Virus record (IMG/VR): IMGVR_UViG_3300031460_000087
Location: 1 to 36,708 of that record
DNA from: a virus
Taxonomy: Duplodnaviria > Caudoviricetes
Direction: 5' to 3' (one strand)
Length of the DNA stretch: 36,708 nt
Shown: positions 6,217 through 16,485 of the stretch, in pieces
Layout: each line of letters begins with the position of its first letter
Numbering within the stretch: the stretch's first letter is position 1
Notes under the pieces: generated by a model
What the model was told of the DNA's origin: nothing
The model's input: only the letters and a program-made list of their open reading frames with translations
Databases searched by the model: none
Position numbers and translations under genes: made by a program

Positions 6217-6674
6217 TCATGGCCGGAACCATGGTGGTTGGGTGTAAGCTGCCGCACGGCCTCGTGTTGCGGATGCAGATCAAGCATGTGCAGCCGGTCA
6301 ATGTCGGCGGCGCCGTCCACAACGTGGAGCTGTGGGGGTTCGACACCGCCGCCGACGCTGAATCCTACACGCTGAAGGGCTTCGCACGTCCAGCCGCCCA
6401 GGTGCCGGATGCCAAGATCGTCGGAGCACATCGCGCCATGGATGGCGGTACGATCGGCGGTTACGCGATCTCCTATGTCCCGAAGGATTTTTGGGACAGG
6501 TGGGCCACCCAGAACAAGGATTTCCCGCCGCTCCGCAACGGGTCAATCGTGGCCTGGGAGAAGCAGGACTCGGTCGAGGGTCATGCTCGCGAGCGTATCG
6601 ACGTCATGAGCGGTTTCGAGCCCATCAATCCGAACAAGCTTCCACGCGGCATCGAGCCCGCCAAGGTATCCTGA
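6213..6674 (+). CDS. Conserved phage hypothetical protein after the capsid gene
   Basis: V-x-CKLPHGL...GGYA...VPKDFW-x-x-W...SGFEPI-x-P pattern; coupled to the capsid stop (ATGA). Start 6213 or 6219. Confidence 0.75.
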   Translation: MIMAGTMVVGCKLPHGLVLRMQIKHVQPVNVGGAVHNVELWGFDTAADAESYTLKGFARPAAQVPDAKIVGAHRAMDGGTIGGYAISYVPKDFWDRWATQNKDFPPLRNGSIVAWEKQDSVEGHARERIDVMSGFEPINPNKLPRGIEPAKVS

Positions 6675-6684
6675 GGATCTCACC

Positions 6685-7161
6685 ATGTCCGACACCATCC
6701 GCGTCAAGTCCAACCTGCCGCTCGCGATCCGCATTTCCGAGCCGCACCCCAATCCCGAGAAGCCCGGCGACAGCCCTCCTCTGAAGCAGGGCGTCATCGA
6801 GTCCGGCGTCAACTCGTTTTCGGGTGACGACGCCAAGGTCTACAAGGCATGGGCCGAAACCAAGCCGAGCCTCATCACGGACGGCCATGTCACCGAGATG
6901 AAGGGCGACGAGCCGGACCAGCAATTTGGTTTCGAGCCGGCGCTGAAGGCCATGGTTTCAAGCGAGATGGGGAAATCCGCATCCGAGGGTTCGACCCTCA
7001 AGGACACTGGTCCGGTGAAGGCGGAAGCCATGCGGTTCGGCGAAGCCGGCCCGCAACCGTTGCCAGCCGACGCGCCTGGGCAGGAACCCCCGAAGACGGG
7101 CGCACCCGCCCTGGCAGCCACAGCGCCGATCAAGCCTCCGGTCGCTAACGGCACGAAGTGA
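6685..7161 (+). CDS. Hypothetical protein, possible distant paralogue of the preceding gene
   Basis: GAGGA RBS; V-x-SNLP...Y-x-AW...FGFEP echoes the upstream protein; Pro/Ala-rich tail. Confidence 0.65.
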   Translation: MSDTIRVKSNLPLAIRISEPHPNPEKPGDSPPLKQGVIESGVNSFSGDDAKVYKAWAETKPSLITDGHVTEMKGDEPDQQFGFEPALKAMVSSEMGKSASEGSTLKDTGPVKAEAMRFGEAGPQPLPADAPGQEPPKTGAPALAATAPIKPPVANGTK

Positions 7162-7169
7162 GGTAGGTC

Positions 7170-8015
7170 ATGGGTCTCCTCCGTATCTTCGACGTCGCGA
7201 CCGGCGAGCGCGACATGCAGATGCCAGCCCCGATCGGGGGCGGCGTACTGCAATCGGTCGGCATCGCGACTCTCACCGCCGGGTCCGATCCCGGTTCGAG
7301 CCAGGACGCGACGCAGGGTTACGTTGTCGGGTCCCTGCTGTTCAACGCGACTCCCGGCGCACTGCGCTTTTGGTTTTGCCGCGACGCAACACCCGGCAAT
7401 GCCAGATGGGTGTTCGACGGTGCCGACTACGCCAATGGCGGCACCAATCCGCCGAACGAGGTGACACAGTTCGGCGCGTCCTCCGGCTTCTTTGCCGAAG
7501 AGGGCAATATCAACCGCCAGGTCCCCGGCGGCGCCGGCATGGTGGTGCCGGCCGGCATCGGGTCTGACTACGTGGTGGCGATCTACACGCTGCCCGCCAA
7601 CGCGCTCGACGGCCTCGTTGGGACCAACCGCGGCCTCATGGTGGTGGCGAACGGCAACTACGCCGCCACCGCCAACAGCAAGCGCGTCCGCCTATGGTGG
7701 GCGCCCGCGACTGCTGTCGTCGGACAGGTGATCGGTACGGGCGGTGTCCTCATGGCCGACACTGGGGCGCAGACCACCAACGGCGGGTCCTGGCAGGTGT
7801 CAGGCAACGTGTTCAAGCGCGGCGCCGCAGGGTCGAACACTCAGACCGTGACATCGAACGGTGCGATCTCGGGTCCATCCCATGCCGGCATGACGCAATC
7901 TGTCGACTCGACGGCCGTCGAGAACGCTCCGATCCTCGTGGCCGCGACCATCAATAACACGACCGTCGCTGGCGATGCCGGGCTGTGCTTCTGGGAAGTA
8001 AACGCGATGAATTGA
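7170..8015 (+). CDS. Hypothetical virion-associated beta-rich protein
   Basis: 281 aa, Gly/Thr/Ala-rich, GAGGT RBS, located in the head-neck operon. Confidence 0.65.
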   Translation: MGLLRIFDVATGERDMQMPAPIGGGVLQSVGIATLTAGSDPGSSQDATQGYVVGSLLFNATPGALRFWFCRDATPGNARWVFDGADYANGGTNPPNEVTQFGASSGFFAEEGNINRQVPGGAGMVVPAGIGSDYVVAIYTLPANALDGLVGTNRGLMVVANGNYAATANSKRVRLWWAPATAVVGQVIGTGGVLMADTGAQTTNGGSWQVSGNVFKRGAAGSNTQTVTSNGAISGPSHAGMTQSVDSTAVENAPILVAATINNTTVAGDAGLCFWEVNAMN

Positions 8016-8026
8016 GGCTTGCGACT

Positions 8027-8464
8027 ATGGGCGCTGTAGCGACGTTTTCCTTCCCGACCTTCGCGGCGCGCTATCCTGAGTTCGCGACCATCGATCCCAC
8101 ATTGGCCGGGCTCTACTTCACCGAGGCAGGGCTCTATCTCGCCAACGACGGTACCGGCCCGGTACCTGACGTGCCGACGCAAACGCTGCTGAGTCTGATG
8201 CTGGTGGCGCATATTGCGAAGCTCAACGCCACGATCGCCGGCCGGGCGCCGTCCGGCCTCGTGGGGCGTATTTCCAGCGCCAGCGAGGGCAGTGTGTCGG
8301 TATCGACCGACAACGGCCCGGCAACGGCTTCGGCCGCTTGGTTTCAACAGACGCCCTACGGTTCGGCGTTCTGGGCCGCCACCGCCCGCTACAGGACCAT
8401 GCGCTACGTGGCGGGTTCAGCGCAGCCGAGCGGGTATCCCTACGGCTACGGGAGGGTGTTCTGA
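8027..8464 (+). CDS. Head-tail adaptor (DUF4054)
   Basis: F-x-ARYPEF, LVAHIA-x-[17 protein letters not shown]-x-QTPYG-x-x-FW motifs. Confidence 0.88.
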   Translation: MGAVATFSFPTFAARYPEFATIDPTLAGLYFTEAGLYLANDGTGPVPDVPTQTLLSLMLVAHIAKLNATIAGRAPSGLVGRISSASEGSVSVSTDNGPATASAAWFQQTPYGSAFWAATARYRTMRYVAGSAQPSGYPYGYGRVF

Positions 8465-8907
8465 TGGCGTCCGTCACTGGTGGCGGCAAGCTCACTGCGG
8501 CGCTTGCCGGGATGGCCGCCAAAGCCACCAAGGCCAGCGAGGTTTCCGTCGGATTCCTCAGCGGCGCGACCTATCCCGATGGCACGTCCGTCGCGATGGT
8601 GGCTGCTCTCAACGAGTTCGGCCGGCCGGAGAAGAACCAACCGCCCCGTCCTTTCTTCAGAGATATGATCGCCGCCAAAAGTCCCGAATGGGGAACGACC
8701 GTTGCGGCCCTCATCGAGGCGAACAGCTTCGACGCGGCCAAGACCCTGTCACAGACCGGGCAGGCCGTGAAGGCGCAGTTGCAGAACTCCATTCAGACCT
8801 TCGACCGTGTTCCGCTTGCGCCATCCACCATCGCCGCCAAGGGGTTTTCGAAACCCCTGGTCGACAGCCGAGTGATGGTCAACAGCGTCGATTTCCGCAT
8901 GGATTGA
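8464..8907 (+). CDS. Neck/tail completion protein
   Basis: VGFL-x-GATYPDG, NEFG, PPRPFFR, PLAPSTI-x-x-KG-x-x-KPLVD motifs. Confidence 0.85.
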   Translation: MASVTGGGKLTAALAGMAAKATKASEVSVGFLSGATYPDGTSVAMVAALNEFGRPEKNQPPRPFFRDMIAAKSPEWGTTVAALIEANSFDAAKTLSQTGQAVKAQLQNSIQTFDRVPLAPSTIAAKGFSKPLVDSRVMVNSVDFRMD

Positions 8908-8910
8908 TCC

Positions 8911-9288
8911 ATGAATCTGCATAACGTAGTTCAAAACGCCATCGGTGCCGTAAACCCGAGCGTGCCGGTGACGGTGCAGTTCAGCGTCGGCTACGTGAAG
9001 ATGCCAGCCGGCAAGCGCACCCCGTCCTACAGCACCGCTGTCATGATGGCGCAGGTGCAGTCCCTCACCTTCGACGATCTGCAACACCTTGATGGCCAGA
9101 ATATCCAGGGCATTCGCCGTGCCATGTACCTCGACGGCGACGTCGAGAGTATCGTGCGCATGCAGGGCAAAGGCGGCGACCTCATCACCATGGCGGACGG
9201 CTCGGTCTACAAGACCGTGCTCGTCATCGAGCGCTGGGACGGCCCGACCGTGGGCTGGTGCAAGGTCGCCGTGACGCGGATTGATTAA
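8911..9288 (+). CDS. Head closure/head-tail joining protein
   Basis: MNLH...AI-x-x-VNP, QVQ, R-x-x-GKGGDL, E-x-W...WCKV motifs; synteny. Confidence 0.8.
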   Translation: MNLHNVVQNAIGAVNPSVPVTVQFSVGYVKMPAGKRTPSYSTAVMMAQVQSLTFDDLQHLDGQNIQGIRRAMYLDGDVESIVRMQGKGGDLITMADGSVYKTVLVIERWDGPTVGWCKVAVTRID

Positions 9289-9291
9289 ATC

Positions 9292-10035
9292 GTGCCCTTC
9301 GCGCCTGTCCCGTCGAAAGACGACTACTTCACCGCACTTGTGACTTTCCTGACCTCGGTGCTTCCGGCCGGCACCGAAGTCGACCAAGCCCAGGACAACC
9401 TGGTTCCATCGCCCAAGGGCTCCGACTACGTCCTCATCAACGAGATCGGCCGCGAGCGGCTGTCCCTCAACGTCACCACCTATGCGGACTGTGCGTTCGC
9501 GGGATCGGTTGCCGGCGCGGTCCTCACGATATCCTCGGTTCGCCTCGGTGCGGTGCTTCCGAGTGCTCGCCTGCTCGGAACAGGCGTCGTGGCCGGCACC
9601 ACGATCCTGGCACAGACCCTGGGGCCAACGGGCGGCCCTGGTACATACACGCTCAGCCTTGCCCAGCCCACACCCTTGTCAGGCGTCCCCCTTGCGGCCG
9701 GCACAGCGCTGATCACCCAACCGACCAGGATCACCATCCAGGTCGACGTCTACGGGCTGAACTCGGCCAACAACGTCGAAACGGTCTCCACGTTGTTTCG
9801 TGACGACTACGCGAGCCTGTGGTTTCAGCGCCAGGGCTATGCAGCAAGTGGCATCGGTCCGCTCGACATCGGCCAGCCCAGGCAGATGGCATTCGTCGAT
9901 GCCGAGCAGAACTATGAGGAGCGCTGGACGGTCGACCTTGCGTTGCAGGTCAATCAAGTCGTCTCGCCATCGCAGGACTTCGCGGACAACGCGGTCGTGT
10001 CGCCCGTGCCCGCCGATATCATTTTTCGCCCCTAA
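9292..10035 (+). CDS. Tail terminator/neck protein with inserted beta-domain
   Basis: QDN-x-VP-x-P, IQVDVYG, LFRD, Q-x-YEERW motifs; insert at about 9490-9700. Confidence 0.75.
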   Translation: MPFAPVPSKDDYFTALVTFLTSVLPAGTEVDQAQDNLVPSPKGSDYVLINEIGRERLSLNVTTYADCAFAGSVAGAVLTISSVRLGAVLPSARLLGTGVVAGTTILAQTLGPTGGPGTYTLSLAQPTPLSGVPLAAGTALITQPTRITIQVDVYGLNSANNVETVSTLFRDDYASLWFQRQGYAASGIGPLDIGQPRQMAFVDAEQNYEERWTVDLALQVNQVVSPSQDFADNAVVSPVPADIIFRP

Positions 10036-10063
10036 GGTCTTCGTGACCAAGCTAAGGGATTAA

Positions 10064-10261
10064 CTACCGAGCATACCTGCGTCGAGGCAAGCTCAATGCT
10101 CTCTTGGTGGTCCCGCGGCTGAGGCAAGCACCCCTAACCTCAGTCAGCTTTCCACAATCGCAGCGACACAGCCACATGCTTGCGGGCAGGTCGCTCTCAA
10201 CCCGGTCTAACACCAATAGACGACCGAACTTCATGCCTGTTATCTTAAGCGATGCAGTCAT
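10064..10261 (-). pseudogene. Truncated AP2/HNH-associated DNA-binding domain (homing endonuclease remnant)
   Basis: ITGMKFGRLLV...WLCRCDCGK...V...L-x-RG-x-T pattern, ending before the expected SCGC and nuclease domain. Confidence 0.75.
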
Positions 10262-10312
10262 TACAACCTCCAGAGCGCCAGTATAGCGCAGATTTGAAAA
10301 AGGATAAAGTCT

Positions 10313-12265
10313 GTGCCGACAATCCCAGCCTCAAAAGACGTCCTCGTCCTTCCCGGTGTACTCAACGCGGGCGGCAACGAACTCATTCTCAACGGGATGA
10401 TGCTGACCAACTCGATTCGCGCGCCGATCGGGCAGGTGCTGTCGTTCCCCAACGACGGTGGCGCGGGCGTGGGGGCGTTCTTCGGGCTGTCCTCGATCGA
10501 GTATAGCCGGGCGCAAACCTACTTCCTCGGCTTCGACAACTCGACGAAGAAGCCCTCGGCGCTGCTGTTCGCGCAATACCCGAGTGCGGCCGTAGCGGCC
10601 TATCTGCGGTCCGCGCCGATCGTCGGCCTCACCCTGGCACAGTTGCAAGCGCTGAACGCCTCCCTCACCGTGTCGTTCGACGGCGTGCCGCGTACCGCCA
10701 CCGTCAACCTTGCGGCGGCCACAAGCTATACTGCGGTCGCGGCGCTGATCCAGTCGGCCATCAACGGAACGCAGGTCTCGGATTCGACGTTCACGGGCGC
10801 CATCGCGCCGGTGTCGGTCACGCTCAATGGGTCCATCGCGGGCAACCTGCTGACGGTCAATTCCGTCACCGGGACCTCGCCGATCGGTATCGGCGCCGCG
10901 CTCACGGGCACGGGCGTCGCTGTGGGCACGGTCATCACGAGCCAGGAAACCGGCACCCCGGGCGGCCCCGGCACCTACGGGATCAACACCGGGCAGGTGG
11001 TCGCGACGGGGTCGCTCACCGCCGCCTACGGCCTCATGACGGTCACGGCGGTCGCCCTCGGCACGCTGTCGGTCGGCCAGACGGTCGCGGGCACGGGTGT
11101 CACGGCCGGATCACTCGTCACGGCCTATGGCACAGGGGCGGGCCTCCTCGGCACCTACATCGTCAACCTATCGCAGACGGTCGCCTCCGGCACGCTGCAG
11201 ACCGTCGCTACCGCCATGACGGCGGCGTTCGACAGCCTGTCGGGTTCGCTGGTCCTGTCCTCTGGCGACGTCGGCGCCACTTCGCTGGCCGGGTTTGCCA
11301 CGGGGCCGCTCGCCGTTTCGCTGAACCTGACCCAGCCCACGGGCGCCGTGCTGAGCACTGGTGCCGACGCCGCCATTCCCGGTCCGTTCATGGCCGGGAT
11401 CGTGGCCCAGACCCAGAACTGGGCTTTCTTCATGACGCTGTTCGATCCCGATGGCGGATCGGGCAACGGTCAGAAACTTGCTTTCGCGCAGTGGACGAAC
11501 TCGACCAACAAGCGCTTCGGCTACATCTGCCGCGACAGCGATCCGACGCCGACGCTGTCGAACGCCGCGACCACATCGCTCGGTGCGCTACTCGCCGCGT
11601 CGAGCATCAGCGGCACCCATCTCATCTGGGAACCGGCGGGCGTGTTCAACCAGACGGACGCCTTTGCGCTTTCGATCCCGGCCTGCACGGATTTCACGGC
11701 CATCAACGGCCGTGCGAACTGGAAATTCCGGACCCAGACGGGCCTCACGGCTTCCGTCACCAATGCGACGGTGGCCGGGAACCTGGAAGCCAACGGCTAC
11801 AACTACCTCGGTGCCTATGCGACCGCCAATCAGCAGTTCGTCTATTACGCGCCGGGCTCGATCTCCGGTCCGTTCCTGTGGGCCGACAGCTACACGGACG
11901 AGATCTGGCTCAATAACGCGCTGCAGCTCGCGATCCTCAACATGATGATCACGATCAAGTCGATCCCCTATAACAACGATGGCTACGCGCTCGTCATGTC
12001 GGCCTGCCTCGATCCGATCGCACAGGGGCTGCGCTTCGGCGCCATCCGCATCGGCGTGACGCTGAGCCAGGCGCAAGGCGCCGCAATCAACTACGCGGCC
12101 GGCAAGATCGTCGATCCGGTCATCGTCCAGCAAGGCTATTACCTGCAGGTACTTGATCCTCCAGTAACGACCCGCGTCGGCCGTGGTTCACCGGTGTGCA
12201 ACCTATGGTATTCAGACGGTGAGTCGATCAATAAAATTGTGCTCAACAGTGTCGTGATCCAGTGA
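10313..12265 (+). CDS. Contractile tail sheath protein (DUF3383-type)
   Basis: TIPAS...PGVL-x-AGG N-terminus, YF-x-GFDNST-x-KP, QNWA-x-F, NGYNY-x-GAY, W-x-DSY, SIPYN-x-x-G, WY-x-DG-x-SI motifs. Confidence 0.9.
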   Translation: MPTIPASKDVLVLPGVLNAGGNELILNGMMLTNSIRAPIGQVLSFPNDGGAGVGAFFGLSSIEYSRAQTYFLGFDNSTKKPSALLFAQYPSAAVAAYLRSAPIVGLTLAQLQALNASLTVSFDGVPRTATVNLAAATSYTAVAALIQSAINGTQVSDSTFTGAIAPVSVTLNGSIAGNLLTVNSVTGTSPIGIGAALTGTGVAVGTVITSQETGTPGGPGTYGINTGQVVATGSLTAAYGLMTVTAVALGTLSVGQTVAGTGVTAGSLVTAYGTGAGLLGTYIVNLSQTVASGTLQTVATAMTAAFDSLSGSLVLSSGDVGATSLAGFATGPLAVSLNLTQPTGAVLSTGADAAIPGPFMAGIVAQTQNWAFFMTLFDPDGGSGNGQKLAFAQWTNSTNKRFGYICRDSDPTPTLSNAATTSLGALLAASSISGTHLIWEPAGVFNQTDAFALSIPACTDFTAINGRANWKFRTQTGLTASVTNATVAGNLEANGYNYLGAYATANQQFVYYAPGSISGPFLWADSYTDEIWLNNALQLAILNMMITIKSIPYNNDGYALVMSACLDPIAQGLRFGAIRIGVTLSQAQGAAINYAAGKIVDPVIVQQGYYLQVLDPPVTTRVGRGSPVCNLWYSDGESINKIVLNSVVIQ

Positions 12266-12290
12266 TCGTACAGAATAGGGAATCACGTCA

Positions 12291-12719
12291 ATGACCATTT
12301 CTGCCGCTAATATCAAATTTACGCTCACGATCCCAGGCGTCTACTCGACCGCACAACTCATCCAGGGTTATGCCGAGGATGACGTCACCGAATTCGAGCA
12401 ACAGACCATCGGTCAGGCCATGATCGGCGTCGATGGTGTGTTGACAGCCGGTTACCTCAACGTGGCCTGGGTCCAGGGCTTCACGCTGATGGCCGATAGC
12501 CCGTCGAACGTCATCATGGACAATTGGGCGATGGCCGAAAAGGCGTTCCAGGACAAGTATCCGGCGAGCGGCCTCATCGTGTATCCGTCGCTCGGGCAGA
12601 AGTTCCCGATGCCGAGGGGCTTCCTGACGCAGTACCGTCCGGTCCCGCCCGGCAAGAAGGTGCTGCAACCCCGCGCCTACCAGATCACCTGGGAACGCGG
12701 CCATCCGCAGCCCGTCTGA
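12291..12719 (+). CDS. Tail tube protein
   Basis: TISAAN...QGYA-x-DD...GVDG-x-L-x-AG...L-x-ADSPS...KKVLQPR motifs; follows the sheath. Confidence 0.85.
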   Translation: MTISAANIKFTLTIPGVYSTAQLIQGYAEDDVTEFEQQTIGQAMIGVDGVLTAGYLNVAWVQGFTLMADSPSNVIMDNWAMAEKAFQDKYPASGLIVYPSLGQKFPMPRGFLTQYRPVPPGKKVLQPRAYQITWERGHPQPV

Positions 12720-12729
12720 GGCCTGAGCG

Positions 12730-13170
12730 ATGCGCAAGACGCTCGACGTCACCGTCATGGCAGGCACGTCCGAGACGAACCGCGATCACGGCAAGGTTTT
12801 CCACCTCACCGAGATGCCGGCCGCCCATGCCGAGCGATGGGCCGGGCGCGCGTTGCGGGCCTTGGCGCGATCCGGCGTGCCTCTTCCCGACGATATCGAA
12901 CAGGCTGGCATGGCCGAATTGGCGTCGGTCGGCTTCCGGGCTCTCGCGGGCGTGGACGACGCCACCTTCGACAGCCTCATGGAGGAGATCATGGGGTGTG
13001 TGTCGGTGAAGGAGCCGAAGCTCATCCGGGATCTCACGGAAGACGACATCGAGGAAGTGTCGACGCGCCTCACTCTGCGGCTGGAGGTGTTCCAACTGAT
13101 CACGGGTTTTTCGCTGGCCGCCGTCCGACAGAGGCTCGCGGCGGTCGGCACGGCAGAAGCGACAGCCTGA
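12730..13170 (+). CDS. Tail assembly chaperone (short form)
   Basis: RD-x-GKVF-x-LTEM-x-A...DIEEV-x-T-x-L-x-LR motifs; between tube and tape measure. Confidence 0.8.
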   Translation: MRKTLDVTVMAGTSETNRDHGKVFHLTEMPAAHAERWAGRALRALARSGVPLPDDIEQAGMAELASVGFRALAGVDDATFDSLMEEIMGCVSVKEPKLIRDLTEDDIEEVSTRLTLRLEVFQLITGFSLAAVRQRLAAVGTAEATA

Positions 13171-13334
13171 TCTCGACCGCCAACGTGCCCCGCACCATTG
13201 CGGCCGTGGTAGCGTCCGACAAGGCAACGCTTCACGAATTGCAGACCGTCTACGGGGTCGAGGACATGTTCGATATCCTCGAAGTGCTGGCCGTCGAGGC
13301 GCACAACACCCGCGTCATGAACGAGAAAGCGTGA
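13104..13334 (+). CDS. Tail assembly chaperone C-terminal extension, probably made by -1 frameshift
   Basis: In-frame slippery heptamer G GGT TTT at 13104-13110. The -1 frame is open to 13334 and encodes NVPRTI...ATLHELQTVYGVED. Confidence 0.7.
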   Translation, partial: GFFAGRRPTEARGGRHGRSDSLISTANVPRTIAAVVASDKATLHELQTVYGVEDMFDILEVLAVEAHNTRVMNEKA

Positions 13335-13338
13335 CCGC

Positions 13339-16300
13339 GTGACTGTCGACGAACTCATCGTCAAGATCGTCCTCGACGCATCCGGCTTCCTGTCGGGACA
13401 GAAGGCCACGACGGACGCTGCGGACGCGCTGAAGGCCAAGACTGTCGCGGCCGCCAATGCTGCCGAGAAAGGCCAGTCGGCAGCCGCCGAGAAGGCCCGC
13501 AAAGCGGCCGAGGCCGAAGCCAAGAAGATCCAGGAAGCCAACGCCAAGACGTCCGAAAGCGTGGTCGCGCTGGGACGGAGGGTGCTTGGGCTTTACGCGT
13601 TGTTCACGGCCGGGCGCGGCGTCAAGGAATTCGTGTCCGACATCACGTCGGCGGATGCCGCGCTCGGGCGGGTGGCGAAGAACGTCGATCTGAGCGGTAA
13701 GGCGCTTTCGACGTGGCAGGGCGCCGCGACCGTTGCGGGTGGTTCGGCCGAAGGTATCACGAACAGCATTGCGTCGCTGTCGAACGCCATGCAGACCGCC
13801 GCCCTGACCGGCAACAACACGCTCGCCCCCGTCTTCCGGGCGCTCGGTGTCGATCTTGCGGACACCGGCGGCAAGGCGCGGGACATCGGTGAGGTTCTAA
13901 AAGGCCTTAACCGCTCATATAACGAAAAGCACATCGATCCTGCCCGCTTCTCGACTATGATGAAGATGGTCGGAGCCGACGACGGCACCATTAACCTGTT
14001 GGAGAGGTCCACCGAGTCCTTCGACAAGCTTCTCAAAGAACAGGAAAAATACGCCGCCAACGCCGCCGATATCGAGGCTGCGCAGAAACGCCAGACCGGG
14101 TGGCGCGAGCTCCTCAATGTCTCGACCTCGCTCGGCCGCACGATCCTCACGGAACTCACGCCTGCGATCACCGGCGTGATGCGGGCCGTGATCAATTGGG
14201 CAAACGCAAATCAGGAGTGGCTGAAACACGAGATCGTCACGAAGGTCCAGGAGTTCATCGGGTGGCTGAAGTCGCTCGACTGGACGAAGATCGGCGACGA
14301 CTTCCGCGCCTTCGCCACCAGCGTCGGTGCCCTCGCCGCAGCCTTCGCGGGCGTCGTCGCGGCGGTATCGGGTCAGTCCCCGCTCGCAGTGGCGTTCGAG
14401 GCGTTCGGCGCCCTGTTGGCGCTGCGCATCCTGGCGCCGCTCACGTCCATCCTTTCGACGATGCGGTTGATCGGGGGGCTGCCGCTCACGGGGGCGCTGT
14501 CGCTGCTGACGGGTGTCGGAGGGATAGCGGCGGCTGCCGTAGTGGCCAGCACCTCGCCGCTGAATGCCGGAGAGCCGCAAGTCCGCTCCGATGGAACGAT
14601 GGCGTATCCCGACGGTCATACTGAAAAAGGCAAGGTGTGGGACGGCCATAGCACAACCCAAGCGCCGAAGGATGAGCGCAACTGGTGGCAGCGCACCATG
14701 CCGAAGATTGTCGGCGGGCAGGACGCTCCGATGGTCGCTCATGGGATGCACGGAGCGAACTTGCAGGAACGCCGTAGCGCGAGCAACAACACCGAGGTCA
14801 GCGACTACATCGCCAAAGCCGCTGCCGCCCGTGGCATCGATCCTCGCATCGCCCTTAAGGTAGCGGATAGCGAGGGGTTGCGCGGCTACAACCCGAATAA
14901 GCCTGACCATGGCGGCGATAAGGGCACATCGTTCGGGCCATTTCAGCTCCACTACAAGAGCAACATCGCCGGGTTCACCAATGCCGGGATGGGAGACGAT
15001 TTCACGAAGGCAACAGGCAAGCACGCGAGTGACCCTTCGACGTGGCGCGAGCAGGCCGACTTCGCTCTGGACCATGCCGCGAAACATGGGTGGTCGAACT
15101 GGCATGGCTGGCGTGGCCCAGCCAACGCCGGCCTCAACATGGACCCGACCGAAGCTGCGAAACTGATTCCGCAGCGCGCCCCTCAGGTGGCTTCAAGCGA
15201 TAACGCTCAACCATCACAGCCTCAGCAACCTTTCGCGACGTCAGGCGGACAAGTCTCCCGCGATATCTCGAATCAGGCGACCTACAACCATGGGCAGCTC
15301 GACAGCACACAAGGGCTGATCTTCCACCACACGGGTGGACGCGGAACCCCCGAAGGGGTCGTCCAGACCCTTAATCAGCGTGGTTATGGTGTTCAGTACG
15401 TCATGGACCGAGATGGCAGCATCGTCCGCACCCTGCCCGAGGGTGCTCGTGGTGCTCATATCCTGCGCAGCGAGATCAATGGTCTGAACAACTCCAACAG
15501 CCAAGGCGTCGAGGTCATCGCCAAGGATGACAAGGATGTCACTCCGGCCCAGGTCGCATCGGGCAAGGCCTTTGCCGAGGCCATGACGAAGCGCTATCCG
15601 GGTCTGGAGGTCTTCGGCCATGGAGAGGTCAATCCGCATCACAAGCAGGCTACCGAGGGGATGTCCATCGTCGCTGCGGTTCGACAAGACCAGGCTGCGC
15701 CCAAGGTCGATCCCAACTTCAAGCCGGCGCCGATCCCACAGGAGCAGCGCACGCTGGCCGGTTACATGGGGCGCGACTTCAGTCCGATATCGTCGGCTGA
15801 GGCCAAGGAGGCACCCTACCACCCACCAATCCAGGACGACCGCTCGACGCGGGCGCGCGGGAAACCATCACCCTTTCCGGGAGACGCCGGACAGGACTAT
15901 CGTGCTCGTGGTGGAGCCCAGTACAGCGTACCCCATGCCGAGTCAGCGGGGGATGCGCATCACCCCGAGGCTACCTCAACGCTGGGCGGTACTCGCATGC
16001 TGCCGGCCGGGCGGATGCTCACGCTCGACGATGCCGCCAACCATGTCCTGAAGACCATGAAGGGCGCCAACGACAACCAACATCCCGTCAAGGTCGACCT
16101 GACCGATGGTAGCGCCACTAAGATCGGCGTAGCGGGCAAGAGCGGCTTCGACATGCTGATGGCTCGCCACAGCGGCGCTCTCAGGACCCATGTAGGAGCG
16201 GAGCTGAAGAAGTCAGGCGCCGAAATGGACCGTGCATTCGGCAAGGCCTGGACCGGCCTCGGTCATCATGCCGGTATCGGCGCCGGAGAACGGGCCTGGC

Positions 16301-16485
16301 AAGCCGTGAACCATGCTCACCACCAAACCACGACGCACCATGTCGACAACAGCAGTGCGACGCATGTCGGCGAGATGCATGTCCATCCGCAGACCGGCGA
16401 CGGAAAGCAGTTCGCTCGGGACTTCCGGGATGGCGCGCGGCAACGCAGCAGCGTCGTGACTCAGGCGAATGCGGGGCTTGCGTGA
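13339..16485 (+). CDS. Tape measure protein with lysozyme/transglycosylase-like and Amidase_2 domains
   Basis: Ala-rich helical N-terminus; GIDP-x-IAL-x-VA-x-SEG...SFGPFQLH; LIFHHTGG...QYVMDRDG...GAH...NSNSQGVEV...PAQ...VFGHGE. Confidence 0.88.
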   Translation: MTVDELIVKIVLDASGFLSGQKATTDAADALKAKTVAAANAAEKGQSAAAEKARKAAEAEAKKIQEANAKTSESVVALGRRVLGLYALFTAGRGVKEFVSDITSADAALGRVAKNVDLSGKALSTWQGAATVAGGSAEGITNSIASLSNAMQTAALTGNNTLAPVFRALGVDLADTGGKARDIGEVLKGLNRSYNEKHIDPARFSTMMKMVGADDGTINLLERSTESFDKLLKEQEKYAANAADIEAAQKRQTGWRELLNVSTSLGRTILTELTPAITGVMRAVINWANANQEWLKHEIVTKVQEFIGWLKSLDWTKIGDDFRAFATSVGALAAAFAGVVAAVSGQSPLAVAFEAFGALLALRILAPLTSILSTMRLIGGLPLTGALSLLTGVGGIAAAAVVASTSPLNAGEPQVRSDGTMAYPDGHTEKGKVWDGHSTTQAPKDERNWWQRTMPKIVGGQDAPMVAHGMHGANLQERRSASNNTEVSDYIAKAAAARGIDPRIALKVADSEGLRGYNPNKPDHGGDKGTSFGPFQLHYKSNIAGFTNAGMGDDFTKATGKHASDPSTWREQADFALDHAAKHGWSNWHGWRGPANAGLNMDPTEAAKLIPQRAPQVASSDNAQPSQPQQPFATSGGQVSRDISNQATYNHGQLDSTQGLIFHHTGGRGTPEGVVQTLNQRGYGVQYVMDRDGSIVRTLPEGARGAHILRSEINGLNNSNSQGVEVIAKDDKDVTPAQVASGKAFAEAMTKRYPGLEVFGHGEVNPHHKQATEGMSIVAAVRQDQAAPKVDPNFKPAPIPQEQRTLAGYMGRDFSPISSAEAKEAPYHPPIQDDRSTRARGKPSPFPGDAGQDYRARGGAQYSVPHAESAGDAHHPEATSTLGGTRMLPAGRMLTLDDAANHVLKTMKGANDNQHPVKVDLTDGSATKIGVAGKSGFDMLMARHSGALRTHVGAELKKSGAEMDRAFGKAWTGLGHHAGIGAGERAWQAVNHAHHQTTTHHVDNSSATHVGEMHVHPQTGDGKQFARDFRDGARQRSSVVTQANAGLA

